Sequence record: SRR20825006_868
Strand: one strand, 5' to 3'
Length of the DNA stretch: 64,000 bases
This document shows, in pieces, positions 28,151-39,400 of the stretch. Each line of letters begins with the position of its first letter. The first letter of the stretch is position 1. Made by a program: the position numbers and the translations under genes. The notes under the pieces are model-generated. The model was given only the letters and a program-made list of their open reading frames with translations, did no database searches and had not been told where the DNA came from.

Positions 28151-29073
28151 TGCTCGCTCGACTTCTTAAGACTGTTTCGTTTCCGGCTGTGCTTGCGGTG
28201 GTCGCCTGCGCGACGACTGGCCAGTTCAAGGATGACGACACCACTGCGGTACAAGTCTGTTCACAGAGGGGTCCTGTCGATAGTTGCGATTATTTCGGAT
28301 TGGTTGGGCTGCAGGAGGCCATTGATCAATCCACCTCAGATCGTCGAATTCTGATTAAGACCGGGACATACACGCCGACATCCTACCGGGATGTTCCGTT
28401 TCAGGATCTCCATGTACGCGGAGCGGTGGTCGTTCGGGATCGAAAGCTGAGCATTGAGGCGGAGCAAGGGGCAAGGCTCGTTGGCAGCGCAGGTTTTCCC
28501 TTGAGCGCGATCGTAATTGAGGACTCAACTGTTCAGATCTCAGGCCTGACCATTTCTGGATTCCACTATGCAGTCGCTGAAGATGATATATATGATGGGC
28601 ATGGTATTTTCACCATCAACAGTGATGTGAGCTTGGACGGGGTTGTAATCGAAGGCGTTGCCAAGATGGCGCTGACGGGTCGCGAAGCAGGTCGGATTGT
28701 TGCGCGCAATTTGACTATCAACAACTCCCATCTCGGCGTCTGGCTTGAGGAGACTGCAGCGATAGACCTGATAGACAGCGAAATTATCGCCAGCGAATCT
28801 GCAGCGGTGGCTGCTTATGGCGCGTCGTCTGCAAGAGTAGAAAACAGCTTGATCAAGCGTAATCAGGATGATGGCCTCTACACTGAGGACACGGCCAGGA
28901 TCATAAGCCGCGAGACCACCTTGCAGGACAATTCACCCTTTGGTGCCCGTGCATCTGGCGAAAGCGTTATCCTGATCTGTGGCGGCGAAGTGTCCGGCAA
29001 TGCTGAAGATTACGGAGAAGAAGACGCGGGTCGCGTATATCGCAATGAGGTTGATATGTGTTTGCCGGGCTGA
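28150..29073 (+). CDS. Right-handed parallel beta-helix lipoprotein
   Basis: Lipobox VVAC, LQEAID..ILIKTGTY, repeating beta-helix pattern. Confidence 0.75.
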   Translation: MLARLLKTVSFPAVLAVVACATTGQFKDDDTTAVQVCSQRGPVDSCDYFGLVGLQEAIDQSTSDRRILIKTGTYTPTSYRDVPFQDLHVRGAVVVRDRKLSIEAEQGARLVGSAGFPLSAIVIEDSTVQISGLTISGFHYAVAEDDIYDGHGIFTINSDVSLDGVVIEGVAKMALTGREAGRIVARNLTINNSHLGVWLEETAAIDLIDSEIIASESAAVAAYGASSARVENSLIKRNQDDGLYTEDTARIISRETTLQDNSPFGARASGESVILICGGEVSGNAEDYGEEDAGRVYRNEVDMCLPG

Positions 29074-29113
29074 GGCCTGCGAAAGACTCCTCTACACCCC
29101 TATTCGCCAGAAT

Positions 29114-29147
29114 TGTGTGCCGGCAATCCGTCGGCACACATTTTTTT
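29114..29147 (+). terminator. Rho-independent terminator
   Basis: TGTGTGCCG...CGGCACACA followed by T7. Confidence 0.8.
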
Positions 29148-29178
29148 GTAACTTGGTCGCATTCCTTCATGCGCAATC

Positions 29179-29210
29179 AAAAAGGCCCGACCTCCATAGG
29201 AGATCGGGCC
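29179..29210 (-). terminator. Rho-independent terminator of the TonB receptor
   Basis: GGCCCGA-CCTCC/GGAG-ATCGGGCC preceded by A5 on the + strand. Confidence 0.75.
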
Positions 29211-29279
29211 AGTTACGGGGTGGAGGTGAGATGATCGGGAGTCTACCAGAGTTTCCAGATCATCTCATTCCCATTGCCT

Positions 29280-31415
29280 CTAGAAATTATAAGCAGCGCT
29301 GACGCCGACAACACGGGGACGCGTGCGGTTTGCGTTAGCCCAGCCCTGGTAGGGGTCAATGGATTTGTTTTCGTCGGTGAGATTTGTGGCAAAAATCTCG
29401 AGATCGAAGTTGCCGACGACGACACCTGCGCGCGCGTTTAGCAGGTTCAGGGCGTCTGAACTTTGCGGAAGCGCGGAGTCCACGAAGCTTGACCGGTCGA
29501 TATAGGTGACTTTGTCCCTATGGTTGAAATCGACCCTGACGAATGCCGGATTGTCAGGCGTCAGGTCGAAGTCATAATTGACGCCCAGTGTATAGCTCAA
29601 TTCCGGAGTGTAGTCGGTTGGATCACCAACCTGGTTCACCTGGTCGGTATCCGCTGTTTCCACGATCTCGCTGTCGAGATATGAGGCGTTGGCCGAAAGG
29701 GTGAGACCGGACATGGGTTGATATGCAAGGCCGGCCTCGATGCCTTTAACTTCCACCTTGCCGATATTGCTGGATTCTCCGAGGAACGCTCCATTCACCT
29801 CGGTCAATCGACGGCGAACCATATCCTTGTACTCGGTGAAGAAGGCCGCAATATCATACTGGAAGTTGCGAGTATTTCCTTTCGTGCCGATTTCATATGT
29901 AAGAATGTTTTCTGGCTCATACGGATCGAATGGCGCGGAGTTGAAGCCGCCGCTTCTGAATCCCGATCCTGCACTCGCATAGATCGTCGCGTCTTCATCA
30001 TACTGGTAGGTCATGTAGGCACGTGGGTCCAACGACTGGAATGTATCTGCCAGTTCCGTGCCCGTGCCGGGCGCATATTCAATCAGGCTGGTCTGCTCAT
30101 CGTGGAAATAGCGCATGCCGGCGCCGAGGGTCAGCTTTTCCGTTACATCGAATGAGCCGTCCGCAAACAGAGAGTATGATTCGGACGACGAAGCGGAGTA
30201 GTAGAACAGATCGTCATACAGAACGCCGCCACCTTGATACAGGTCGCCGCCAGGTGCGTATGCGTATTCATAGTCCGCAGTCAGGGAGCGTTCGCCGTCG
30301 CTATAGTATGCGCCGACCGTCCAGGCGTAGTGGTCTGATGCATCCGAAAGCCGAACTTCCTGAGAAAACTGTTCAGCTTCTACAAAGCGATCATCATTCC
30401 CTTCAACAAATCCGTACGAGTAATTTCCTTCGCGCGCGATATAGGAGAACGGGTACTGGTGGTCATGGTCGATCTGCGTAGTTGAGGAGGTCAGTTCCGC
30501 AAAGCCGAAATCATAGGACAGTTCCAGATTGTAAATGTTGAAGTCGAATTTCTTCGGAATCATCACCTTGCTGCGGTCAGGGCCCACATCGACCGTACGA
30601 TCAGCTTCTTCATACCCCATGCCGAGTTCAGTTTCTGCGCGCTGGATCTGGACCATCGCCTTGGCCGAAAAGTTTTCCGTAGGCACCCAGAGGATTTTAC
30701 CGCGAGCGTTCAGGAGTTCGGTGCCATTGCCATCCTCAATGCCTGCCTCTGGTTGGTCGATCCAGCCACCGCCATTTTCGACCCCTACTGCCAGACGGAC
30801 AGCGAGTTTGTCTTCGATGATCGGTGTGTTGAAGATGAATTCGCCCTTTTGGCCGATCTCACCTTCAGAGACGGTGTAGAGTTCACCTTTGACGTTGCCT
30901 TCGACCTGATCGAGCACAGGATCGGCCGTGATGTAGCGAATGACACCCCCAGCGGCCCCTTGGCCGTAGAGTGTGCCTTGAGGCCCCTTGAGGACTTCCA
31001 CACGTTCAAGATCCAGGGCTACAGGGCTGAGTTGGTCATAGCCACTGAGTGAAAGAGGTGCCTCGTCCATGTACATGCCGACGAGAGCGCCAGATCCTGA
31101 CTGGTTCGCCAGTCCACGGATGAATATTGTGTAGCTGCCCGGACCATCTTCCCGCATGGTCAATCCAGGTACGCTAAAGGACAAGTCCTGCACGCTTGCT
31201 ACGCCCAATTTTGCCAGTTCATCCCCAGAGACGGACTCGATGGCCATTGGAACGTCGATCAGACGTTGTTCCCGTTTCTGGGCTGTTACCATAATGGCAG
31301 ACTGCACCAGTTCTGCATCATCGGCCGGAGCGTCAGCTGTTTGAGCATGCGCGCTCGCCGCATGAATCAGCGCAATAATAGCGCTCCCCGATGTCCAAAG
31401 ATATTTACGTTTCAT
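29280..31415 (-). CDS. TonB-dependent receptor
   Basis: IMVTAQKRE, VPGL, IFIRG, VEVLKGPQGTLYG, NLTDE, terminal AYNF. Confidence 0.95.
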   Translation of the reverse strand: MKRKYLWTSGSAIIALIHAASAHAQTADAPADDAELVQSAIMVTAQKREQRLIDVPMAIESVSGDELAKLGVASVQDLSFSVPGLTMREDGPGSYTIFIRGLANQSGSGALVGMYMDEAPLSLSGYDQLSPVALDLERVEVLKGPQGTLYGQGAAGGVIRYITADPVLDQVEGNVKGELYTVSEGEIGQKGEFIFNTPIIEDKLAVRLAVGVENGGGWIDQPEAGIEDGNGTELLNARGKILWVPTENFSAKAMVQIQRAETELGMGYEEADRTVDVGPDRSKVMIPKKFDFNIYNLELSYDFGFAELTSSTTQIDHDHQYPFSYIAREGNYSYGFVEGNDDRFVEAEQFSQEVRLSDASDHYAWTVGAYYSDGERSLTADYEYAYAPGGDLYQGGGVLYDDLFYYSASSSESYSLFADGSFDVTEKLTLGAGMRYFHDEQTSLIEYAPGTGTELADTFQSLDPRAYMTYQYDEDATIYASAGSGFRSGGFNSAPFDPYEPENILTYEIGTKGNTRNFQYDIAAFFTEYKDMVRRRLTEVNGAFLGESSNIGKVEVKGIEAGLAYQPMSGLTLSANASYLDSEIVETADTDQVNQVGDPTDYTPELSYTLGVNYDFDLTPDNPAFVRVDFNHRDKVTYIDRSSFVDSALPQSSDALNLLNARAGVVVGNFDLEIFATNLTDENKSIDPYQGWANANRTRPRVVGVSAAYNF

Positions 31416-31500
31416 GTGTTCTCCCGCTCGCTTTTGCTACATTGCCTTCGAGTAAGACGGACAAACAAAAATTTGTGCAGATGCTAAAAGTGAATTGCAT

Positions 31501-31517
31501 GGTGCGGAATACGCACC
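31501..31517. promoter_or_regulatory. LysR-type box 4
   Basis: ggtgcggaatacgcacc; GATGC at 31480 (-21). Confidence 0.8.
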
Positions 31518-31607
31518 TCTGGTGGCTTGGCTGGGACAGAGACCAGTTTTGAATGCTCGGAGGCGTTGCAAAACTGAGATCGCCTCAAACGAGTATTGCT
31601 TCGCCTG

Positions 31608-32858
31608 TCAGCGGGGTGTGACAACCGCCGTTCGAGCACCGACCTGGCCTTCCGAACGCAGTCGTTCAACTGTATCCGGAGAATAACCAAGCACAGTGGT
31701 CAACACGTTGAGCGTGTCTTGTCCAAGGGTCGGTGCAGCAGATCTATATGTTACGGGTGTGTGGCTGAGCCGGATTGGGCAAGCGATTCCGGGCACGGTT
31801 CCGAGGGTAGGGTGTGGCAGGGTGATGCGTGAGCCCCGCGCCCGAACTTGAGCGTTTTCAAACACATCAGACATTCTGTTGACAGGTCCTGCTGGAACTT
31901 TGCTGTTCTGTAGCAGGTTCATCCAGTGTTCGGTTGACCGCGTTCGCAACTTTTCAGTCAATAGGGAGGTCAGGGATATCCGGTTGGCCACGCGTGCACC
32001 ATTGGTTGCGAATCGATGGTCGCGGAGCAATTCGGCACATCCAATTCGTTCGCAAAGGTCGATAAACTGAACATCGTTTCCGACCGCCAGGACAATGTGT
32101 CCGTCGAGGGTACTGAACACGTCATAGGGTACAATACTTGGATGAGCATTACCCATCCGTTCCGGATTTTCTCCTGTTGAGAGAAACCCCTGTGACTGAT
32201 TGGCCATTGCGGCGACGAGGCAATCAAGCAGCGAGATATCGATAATCTGCCCTTGGCCAGTCCCCTCCCGATGCAGAAGTGCCGCCTGAATGGCATTGGC
32301 TGCATAAAGACCAGTCACGATATCGACCAATGCGACACCGACCTTCAGCGGTCCGCCTCCCGGCTCATCATCTGGAACGCCCGTGACGCTCATCAGACCG
32401 CCCATTGCCTGAATCAACAGGTCGTATCCTGGCTGGTCGGCATAGGGGCCCGTGTGGCCAAAGCCTGTTATGGAACAATAGATAAGACGGGGGTTGATAA
32501 GTCTGAGAGAGGCGGCATCCAATCCGTACTTTTCCAACGTACCCGTCTTGAAGTTTTCGACGAGGACGTCGCTTGAAGCCGACAGCTCACGAATTACACT
32601 CTGGCCGGCCTCCGTCGAAATGTCGACACAGACCGATTTCTTGTTGCGATTGGCACTTAAAAAGTATGAGGCTTCACGGGTATCGCTATCCTCACCGAAT
32701 TGAAAAGGCGGCCCCCAGCTTCGTGTGTCATCCCCACGGACTGGATGCTCGATCTTGATGATTTCAGCTCCCAGGTCTCCCAGGAGCTGGGTCGCCCATG
32801 GCCCGGCAAGAACTCTGCTCAGGTCCAGAACTCGCAAACCGTCAAGTGCGTACGCCAT
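31608..32858 (-). CDS. CaiB/BaiF class III CoA-transferase (probable succinyl-CoA:glutarate CoA-transferase)
   Basis: LDLSRVLAGP, GDDTR, NRNKKS, VENFK, GYDLLIQ; coupled to gcdH. Confidence 0.9.
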   Translation of the reverse strand: MAYALDGLRVLDLSRVLAGPWATQLLGDLGAEIIKIEHPVRGDDTRSWGPPFQFGEDSDTREASYFLSANRNKKSVCVDISTEAGQSVIRELSASSDVLVENFKTGTLEKYGLDAASLRLINPRLIYCSITGFGHTGPYADQPGYDLLIQAMGGLMSVTGVPDDEPGGGPLKVGVALVDIVTGLYAANAIQAALLHREGTGQGQIIDISLLDCLVAAMANQSQGFLSTGENPERMGNAHPSIVPYDVFSTLDGHIVLAVGNDVQFIDLCERIGCAELLRDHRFATNGARVANRISLTSLLTEKLRTRSTEHWMNLLQNSKVPAGPVNRMSDVFENAQVRARGSRITLPHPTLGTVPGIACPIRLSHTPVTYRSAAPTLGQDTLNVLTTVLGYSPDTVERLRSEGQVGARTAVVTPR

Positions 32859-32859
32859 A

Positions 32860-34038
32860 TCAATTGAACGCCGCAATTCCGGTTTGTGCCCGGCCAAGGA
32901 TCAATGCATGAACGTCGTGGGTGCCCTCGTACGTGTTGACCGCTTCGAGGTTGCACATGTGGCGCATCACATGGAATTCGTCCGATACGCCGTTGCCACC
33001 ATGCATGTCGCGTGCTGCCCGCGCGATATCAAGGGCTTTTCCGGTACTGTTTCGTTTGATCAAGGAAATCATTTCGGGCTTGGCAGAGTTGGTTTCGAAC
33101 AGTCGCCCGACCTTTAGGCATGCTTGGAGTCCTATCGAGATTTCCGTTTGCATCTCGGCCAGTTTCTTTTGAATGAGCTGGTTCGCCGCAAGTGGTCGCC
33201 CGAACTGGTTCCGATCCATTGTGTATGAGCGCGAAGACATCCAGCAGCTACGCGCGGCGCCAAGTGCTCCCCAAGCAATTCCGAACCGGGCCTTGTTGAG
33301 ACATCCGAATGGACCAGACAAACCTTGTGCATTGGGGAGCAAATGGTCATGCGGCACGAACACGTCGTCCATGACGATTTCGCCCGTGATTGATGCGCGC
33401 AGGGCGAGCTTTCCCTGGATCTCCGGAGTGGAAAGGCCCTCCATACCACGCTCGAGCACAAAACCGCGGATCGTGCCATCCAGCTTCGCCCATACGACGA
33501 GCACGTCAGCAATAGGGCTGTTCGTGATCCACATCTTCGCACCGTTCAGGCGATACCCACCCTCTACAGCAACGGCGCGAGATGACATATTGCCAGGGTC
33601 GGAACCGTGGTCGGGTTCTGTGAGCCCAAAACACCCGACCAATTCGCCCGACACAAGCCCCGGCAACCAGCGCTGGCGTTGTTCTTCGGTCCCATAAGCG
33701 TGAATGGGATGTATCACCAAAGACGACTGTACGCTGAGAGCGGACCGATAGCCGGAGTCTACGGCCTCTACTTCGTGAGAAACCAATCCGTAGGCGACGT
33801 GACTTACTCCGGCTCCACCATACTCTTCAGGCAATGTCGGACCGAGCAGGCCCAGAGACCCCATGTCCCTCAGGATTTCTCGGTCGAATTGTGCGTTGCG
33901 ATTGGCCTCGACAATACCCGGCAGGAGGCGCTTCTCAGCGAAGTCGTGCGCGGTTCGTTGCACCGAGCGTTCATCCTCGGTCAGATCGGAGGCGAGCGAA
34001 AGGGCGTCGGCCCAGTCAAAGGCAGAATACTTGGTCAT
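32860..34038 (-). CDS. gcdH: Glutaryl-CoA dehydrogenase
   Basis: [56 protein letters not shown]. Confidence 0.94.
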   Translation of the reverse strand: MTKYSAFDWADALSLASDLTEDERSVQRTAHDFAEKRLLPGIVEANRNAQFDREILRDMGSLGLLGPTLPEEYGGAGVSHVAYGLVSHEVEAVDSGYRSALSVQSSLVIHPIHAYGTEEQRQRWLPGLVSGELVGCFGLTEPDHGSDPGNMSSRAVAVEGGYRLNGAKMWITNSPIADVLVVWAKLDGTIRGFVLERGMEGLSTPEIQGKLALRASITGEIVMDDVFVPHDHLLPNAQGLSGPFGCLNKARFGIAWGALGAARSCWMSSRSYTMDRNQFGRPLAANQLIQKKLAEMQTEISIGLQACLKVGRLFETNSAKPEMISLIKRNSTGKALDIARAARDMHGGNGVSDEFHVMRHMCNLEAVNTYEGTHDVHALILGRAQTGIAAFN

Positions 34039-34070
34039 CTGAATTCCTGATAGATAGAATGAAGTTGGGC

Positions 34071-35507
34071 CTACTCGTGTCTGACACGGTGTCCGATCTG
34101 TTGCCATCGCCCGGGGTTCACGATCACGGTGTCGCCGGTGAATTTGACGCTGAATGGGTAGCGGCCGCGGTCTACAGTGAAAACATCCTGCATTGCAGCT
34201 AGCAGTCTTCGTGGTCCGGCTTTGGTAATCTGAAACACGTCGCGCTCTCCGCTAGCCTCCGCCACCAGGTTTCCGTCTTCCAAACGTACTGTGAGCGATG
34301 CGAAATCGCTGAATTTGTATGTACCGACATATTCCCGGAGTGTCGAAGATGGAATGACCAGGTAGGGGTCAGCCTTGGGCTGAGTGACCTGTTGGGGTGG
34401 AACAGCAGCCAGAATGGCATCCCACATAAGTTCAGATGCGGCCACGCCGATTTCCATGCTGGGCAGGTTCACGCCCGGCCCAGCTTCAACTTCATTGGTT
34501 GAAACAGCGTACAGGACATCGCCATCGAATTCACTTGCAAAGGGTTGAATGCCACGCGCCATGGATGTGTGAACTTGAACAGCGAGGCGTTGAAGCTCTG
34601 CAGGGGACATCGTGCGATTGGTGACCACGACACTGATCGTCGTGTTCTTCCGCTCAAATTCCTGAGTGTCCTTATCGCCATTCCAGTCCGGCTGCAGACT
34701 GGCAGGTGCGGCCCCCATGAGGTCGGAAGCTTTCAGGGTTTCGGGCCAGTTTGTCCCTTTATGGCAGGCGACGACATTGCCATCCCGGTCGGTAACGGCA
34801 CCCAAAGCGTTGACGACGGTGAAGACGGCAATCTTTACGTCGCCGACCTGCCGAAAGGCGCTGCCTTGTCCGGATCGTGCGTTGCACCCGAATATCCCGC
34901 CATTCATTGCCGAACGCCCTGCGCCAAACGCGCCGTTCGGAAACACCCCCGGCTTTGCAGCGCGCAAGGCAAGTTGCGCGAGGCGTTTGTCCGGATAGAT
35001 TTCGTTTAAGCGGCGCCCTCCAAAATCATAAATGATTGATCCAACAACAAGGCCGACATTGTTCCAATGGCCGCCCCGATAGCCATCATCCAATAGTGCG
35101 GTGTTTACTGCCGTGGCGGCCTCCAAACCGTACCAAGAACCACCGGACAGAACGATCGCATCCAGTTCAGGCTGCGTATAGCCAAGTTTGAGATACTCTG
35201 CGTTCACAGTGCCCGGACCACCTCCGCGCGCATCCACGGCGGCGTTTACCTTCTTGCCAAATTTCAGAACGGTCAGGCCCGTCGGCCCATCTTCATACTG
35301 CCCAGTACCGATCTCCAGCATAGGCCAATCAAACTTCAGAGCACTCTCTCCCTCGAAGCCATCATTGATCAAGGCTGGAAGGGTACTTTGGCCGTCAGGT
35401 TCTGCGGAAGCGTTTAGCGCACTCGTGGCGCAGGCCGCCAAGGTGAGAACGGAGATTGCAGCACCAATCGCGCGCAGGCCACGGAAATTGTCTCTCTTGA
35501 TGCGCAT
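34071..35507 (-). CDS. Exported Ntn-hydrolase, DmpA/P1 (S58) family, NylC-like, with extra C-terminal domain
   Basis: Lipobox [39 protein letters not shown] autocleavage site, RGIQPF..DGD. Confidence 0.88.
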   Translation of the reverse strand: MRIKRDNFRGLRAIGAAISVLTLAACATSALNASAEPDGQSTLPALINDGFEGESALKFDWPMLEIGTGQYEDGPTGLTVLKFGKKVNAAVDARGGGPGTVNAEYLKLGYTQPELDAIVLSGGSWYGLEAATAVNTALLDDGYRGGHWNNVGLVVGSIIYDFGGRRLNEIYPDKRLAQLALRAAKPGVFPNGAFGAGRSAMNGGIFGCNARSGQGSAFRQVGDVKIAVFTVVNALGAVTDRDGNVVACHKGTNWPETLKASDLMGAAPASLQPDWNGDKDTQEFERKNTTISVVVTNRTMSPAELQRLAVQVHTSMARGIQPFASEFDGDVLYAVSTNEVEAGPGVNLPSMEIGVAASELMWDAILAAVPPQQVTQPKADPYLVIPSSTLREYVGTYKFSDFASLTVRLEDGNLVAEASGERDVFQITKAGPRRLLAAMQDVFTVDRGRYPFSVKFTGDTVIVNPGRWQQIGHRVRHE

Positions 35508-35586
35508 GGTGATCCTCGATTGCTGGCTTTGAAAATAGATTACTTATGCAACTGAATGGCGGACAGATGCGATTTGGGAAGAGTGT

Positions 35587-35603
35587 GGTGCGAAAACCGC
35601 ACC
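35587..35603. promoter_or_regulatory. LysR-type box 5
   Basis: ggtgcgaaaaccgcacc; GATGC at 35566 (-21). Confidence 0.8.
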
Positions 35604-35605
35604 TG

Positions 35606-36466
35606 CTAGCTGGCTTGGTCAACATCCTGTGCAACGCGAAATCCGACTGTGAAATAGCCTTGCGATTTTGGACCTGGTAGTCGGTAGCGCGGGGACAAGT
35701 AGTCGCCAGCATCACCATAAGAGCCGCCGCGTATTACGTGTTTTCCGGGCGTTGTGCATATCGTGCGCGCAGAGCCATCCAGCGGCGCACCGTCATAGGT
35801 TTCCTGATGGCAGTCTGCTTGCCACTCCCACACATTGCCACGCATGTCGTGGATGCCGAACCGGTCTGCCGGGAAGCTGGCGACGGGCGCGGTTTCCATC
35901 CACTGATCGCGTCCTTCCACGACGCCGCCACAGCAATCGACAAGGCCAATATTGGCTTCGTCATGACCGACATGTCCATCATCACCTTCGATGCCGCCGG
36001 TTGAAGCCACGTATTCCCATTCGGCCTCCGAAGGCAGCCGAAAGGCCTCACCCGTCTTTTCGCTCAGCCAAGCTGTGTAAGCTTGCGTGTCGTCCCAACT
36101 GACGCAGACCACGGGGTGATCGTCGTCTTGCGCAAATCCGGGGTGTTCCCAATTCCTATCAGGCGCAATGTGCCAGGACTGGTTGTCTGTATAGATATTG
36201 CAGATGCCTTCCGACACGTAGCCGGAATCCTCAACGAATGATCGAAAGTCGCCAACGGTCACTTCGGTGACAGAGAAAGCAAACGGACTCTCAATGCTGA
36301 CTTCATGACGTGGGCCGTCGATCTCTCCATACCCATAATCAACCGTTTCGCCCATGAAGAAGCTGGCTGCTTGAACTGTTGCCATGTCCGGTCTGACGCT
36401 TGTTTCGGTATTATTGGAGCATGCCATAAGTGCGAGACTTGCTACGATCAGCGCTGAATACTTCAT
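35606..36466 (-). CDS. FGE-sulfatase/SUMF1/PvdO family lipoprotein
   Basis: Lipobox LMAC, HPVVCVSW, RLPSEAEWEY, DMRGNVWEW, RGGS, GFRV. Confidence 0.9.
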   Translation of the reverse strand: MKYSALIVASLALMACSNNTETSVRPDMATVQAASFFMGETVDYGYGEIDGPRHEVSIESPFAFSVTEVTVGDFRSFVEDSGYVSEGICNIYTDNQSWHIAPDRNWEHPGFAQDDDHPVVCVSWDDTQAYTAWLSEKTGEAFRLPSEAEWEYVASTGGIEGDDGHVGHDEANIGLVDCCGGVVEGRDQWMETAPVASFPADRFGIHDMRGNVWEWQADCHQETYDGAPLDGSARTICTTPGKHVIRGGSYGDAGDYLSPRYRLPGPKSQGYFTVGFRVAQDVDQAS

Positions 36467-36468
36467 GT

Positions 36469-39400
36469 CTAGTCTCCTGACCATGTCCATTTCCAGTCGA
36501 TTCCGTTTGTGGGTTGAGTCTCCCAGTAGAATTCCTTCCGAGGACGGTCATAGTTGCCGATCTCATTCATTGTGTGCGCATCATAAAGGCGCCCATTGAC
36601 CATCGTGTAGCGGACGCTGTTCGCATTGCGGATGTCGACGGTAGGATCCTTGTCCAGGATGATGATGTCGGCCAGTTTACCAGCTTTGATGGAGCCGAGC
36701 TGGTGATCAAGTCCATAGGTCTTCGCGCCGTTTAATGTTGCAGCACGCAATATATCCAGCGGGGCCATGCCGCTTTCAGCAAACAGCAACATTTCCCAAT
36801 GCATGGCGATGCCCGATGCTTGCCCGTGCGAACCGACATTTACAGTAGCGCCAGCTTCGGCAAGTTTGGTGAGTGATCTGCCGACGGACCGGAAGCCGAT
36901 ATCATAGATTTCATCGGAAACGTGAATCGAATGCATGCAGCGCACGTGCAATGGGGCGCCACCTGGGCCTGCAATCGGATTATATGCATTGTTCACATCC
37001 GGAATGAAAGTCCTGACCTTGTCCTCCTTCCAGGGATCTTCATTCTCGTAGATGAAATTCTCGCCAAACAACTCCCCGAAAGTCACGATCAAGGTTGGTG
37101 TCATCGACACATCAGAAGCGGCAATGAGCTTTTGAAGATCCTCGTAATAAGTGGCCACGGGGAGGTTGTGTTCGAGATTTGTGTGCCCGTCGATAATCAT
37201 ACCAATATTGGTATAGAACTGACCGGCACCCTCCCCATCAACCATGTATCCGTATTCACGAGCGGCTTGAAGCAACCGCTGACGTTGCGCCCGAGTTGAT
37301 AGTTTGTAGCTTTTGAGGATCGATGGCCCAAGCGCGGTACGTCGTTGGAGGACATTGCGTGCATCCTCGATCGAAGCAAGCGGATGATAAACTCCGTCCG
37401 TACGACCTTCGAGGCCATGCACTACCTGGCCCGACTTCAACCAGCGCGGCCCTACGAGGTCACCCGTAAGCGTCATCTCACCACTCTCATATGACATGAG
37501 ATCATTGGAGTAGGGGTCAAAATTCGTAGTAATGCCATAAGCAAGCGCTGCGAGCCGAGTAGGGTGCTGTTGCGGCATGGTGCCAGAGCGGAAACAGCAT
37601 TCAATATGGCCGTGGGCATCAAACAGGCCCGGCATCAGTGTCTTGCCCTTGATGTCTATCCGGGTCGCGTTCCGGGGTATCTTGACCTTGCTACGCGGGC
37701 CAACGGCCGTAATGCGATTGCCTTCAACAATGACGATGCCGTTCTCGATGACTTCGCCCTCAATCGGAATGATCTTGCCACCTACAAAGGCAATAATGCC
37801 TTCAGGTATGTCGGTCTGCATCTCCATTTGTATGGGTGTAGACTGGATCGCAGCTGACTGGGTGGCAGGCTCAACCGACAGGATTTCCGCTCCCATGGTC
37901 CAATAAAGTCTGGATGCGTCCGCAGACCAGCTCATCTCATATCCACCAGTCTCGCTGAGGAGACGGGCTGAGGAGTTGTCTTCCATCGACAGAACAATGG
38001 GCTCGTCGCGGATGTCGAACGGCATGACGTAGGGGCGATTGTGATACTTGAAGCCCAGCCAGGCCTGATCGGGGCTGAGGCTGAGATTGCGTATGTCCGC
38101 GGTCTCAGCGATGGCGTGCTCTTGGGGATTGCCGCCGTCCAGATTGACGCTCATCAGAACGGAGGCTCGTCGGTCGTAGAAGGCGGGTTCGGCGAACAGG
38201 AACAAGCGGCTGTCATCGGCAGAGAAGCCGACCAAGCTGGAAGACGGTGAAAGGAACCTGGAAGTTCCTCCGGACGCATCTACGATATAGATGCCTGTTT
38301 CCGGACCGGCCGCATTGAACGACGGATCCGGCTCCATGATGCGATACGCGATCAAGTCTCCAGAGTTGGAAAACCGTGGTTCTCGGATCACGCCTCGACT
38401 TTCAACGATAGTCCTTTCCTCTCCCGTAGCCGCATTGCGGATGACCAACCGACTGCCGGTCTGATCCGTCCAATTCGTATAGACAATCTTCTGTCCGTCC
38501 GGAGACCAGGCAGGGTCGGATTCGGCTGCATCGGAGGTGGTGAGGCGCGCCGGTCTGGCTGGCGCGTCCATCTTGATTTTCCATAGCTTGCCGACCGCGC
38601 GGAACAGCATGGTCTGTCCGTTCGGCTGAGGCGCCAGCTGCCGCAGCGTGCGGATGGTGACTTGTTCAGGCGCAAGGTCCTGTTTCACGCGAATGGCTGG
38701 CTGAAGCTCGTGCCGCGAGGTCAGGCTGAAAGGAATTTCTTCTGCAGAGGCAGAGTGCGTATCAATGCGAACAATCTTTCCCTTTGCCCAGATAGCAATT
38801 GTTCGGTTGTCCGGAAACCAGTCGAAAGATGGATAGTAGTGTTCCTGTGGCAGGTAATCTCCGTGCAGGTCTCGCCCGAGCTCGTCATAGATTGGCTGTT
38901 CGTACCCGGTTTCCAGGTCTTTGACGAACAGCACGGTCTTTGCGCCCAGACGGCGAATGAAAGCCACTGAATTGCCATCGGGAGAGACTTGCGGAGTCGA
39001 TGCACCACCGAAGCCGGAAATGGCACGACGCTTTTTCCCCGTCTCCAGATCCAGCTTGTTGATGGCGAAGTTCTTCAGGCCGGTATTCATGTAGACATAG
39101 TGATCACCGCCAATACGTTCCGTATAATAAAGATACCGGCCATCGGGCGAAAAACGTGGCTCCTGAACATCCTTGCCACTCTGCGGGGGAGAAACGATGA
39201 TCTCATCGGACGTGCCATCGAGGCTGTAGAGGTGTATTTCAGAATTTCGGACACGAAAGATGTCCGAATAGGTTTTCACTGCTGCAATGGATTTCCCGTC
39301 AGCGGCCCAAGCCGGACCAGCTATCATGGCGTGCGATTCCTGCGTGACCTGGCGGGCTTCACTGCCATCGACACGCGATACCCAGACATTGTCGGCACCA

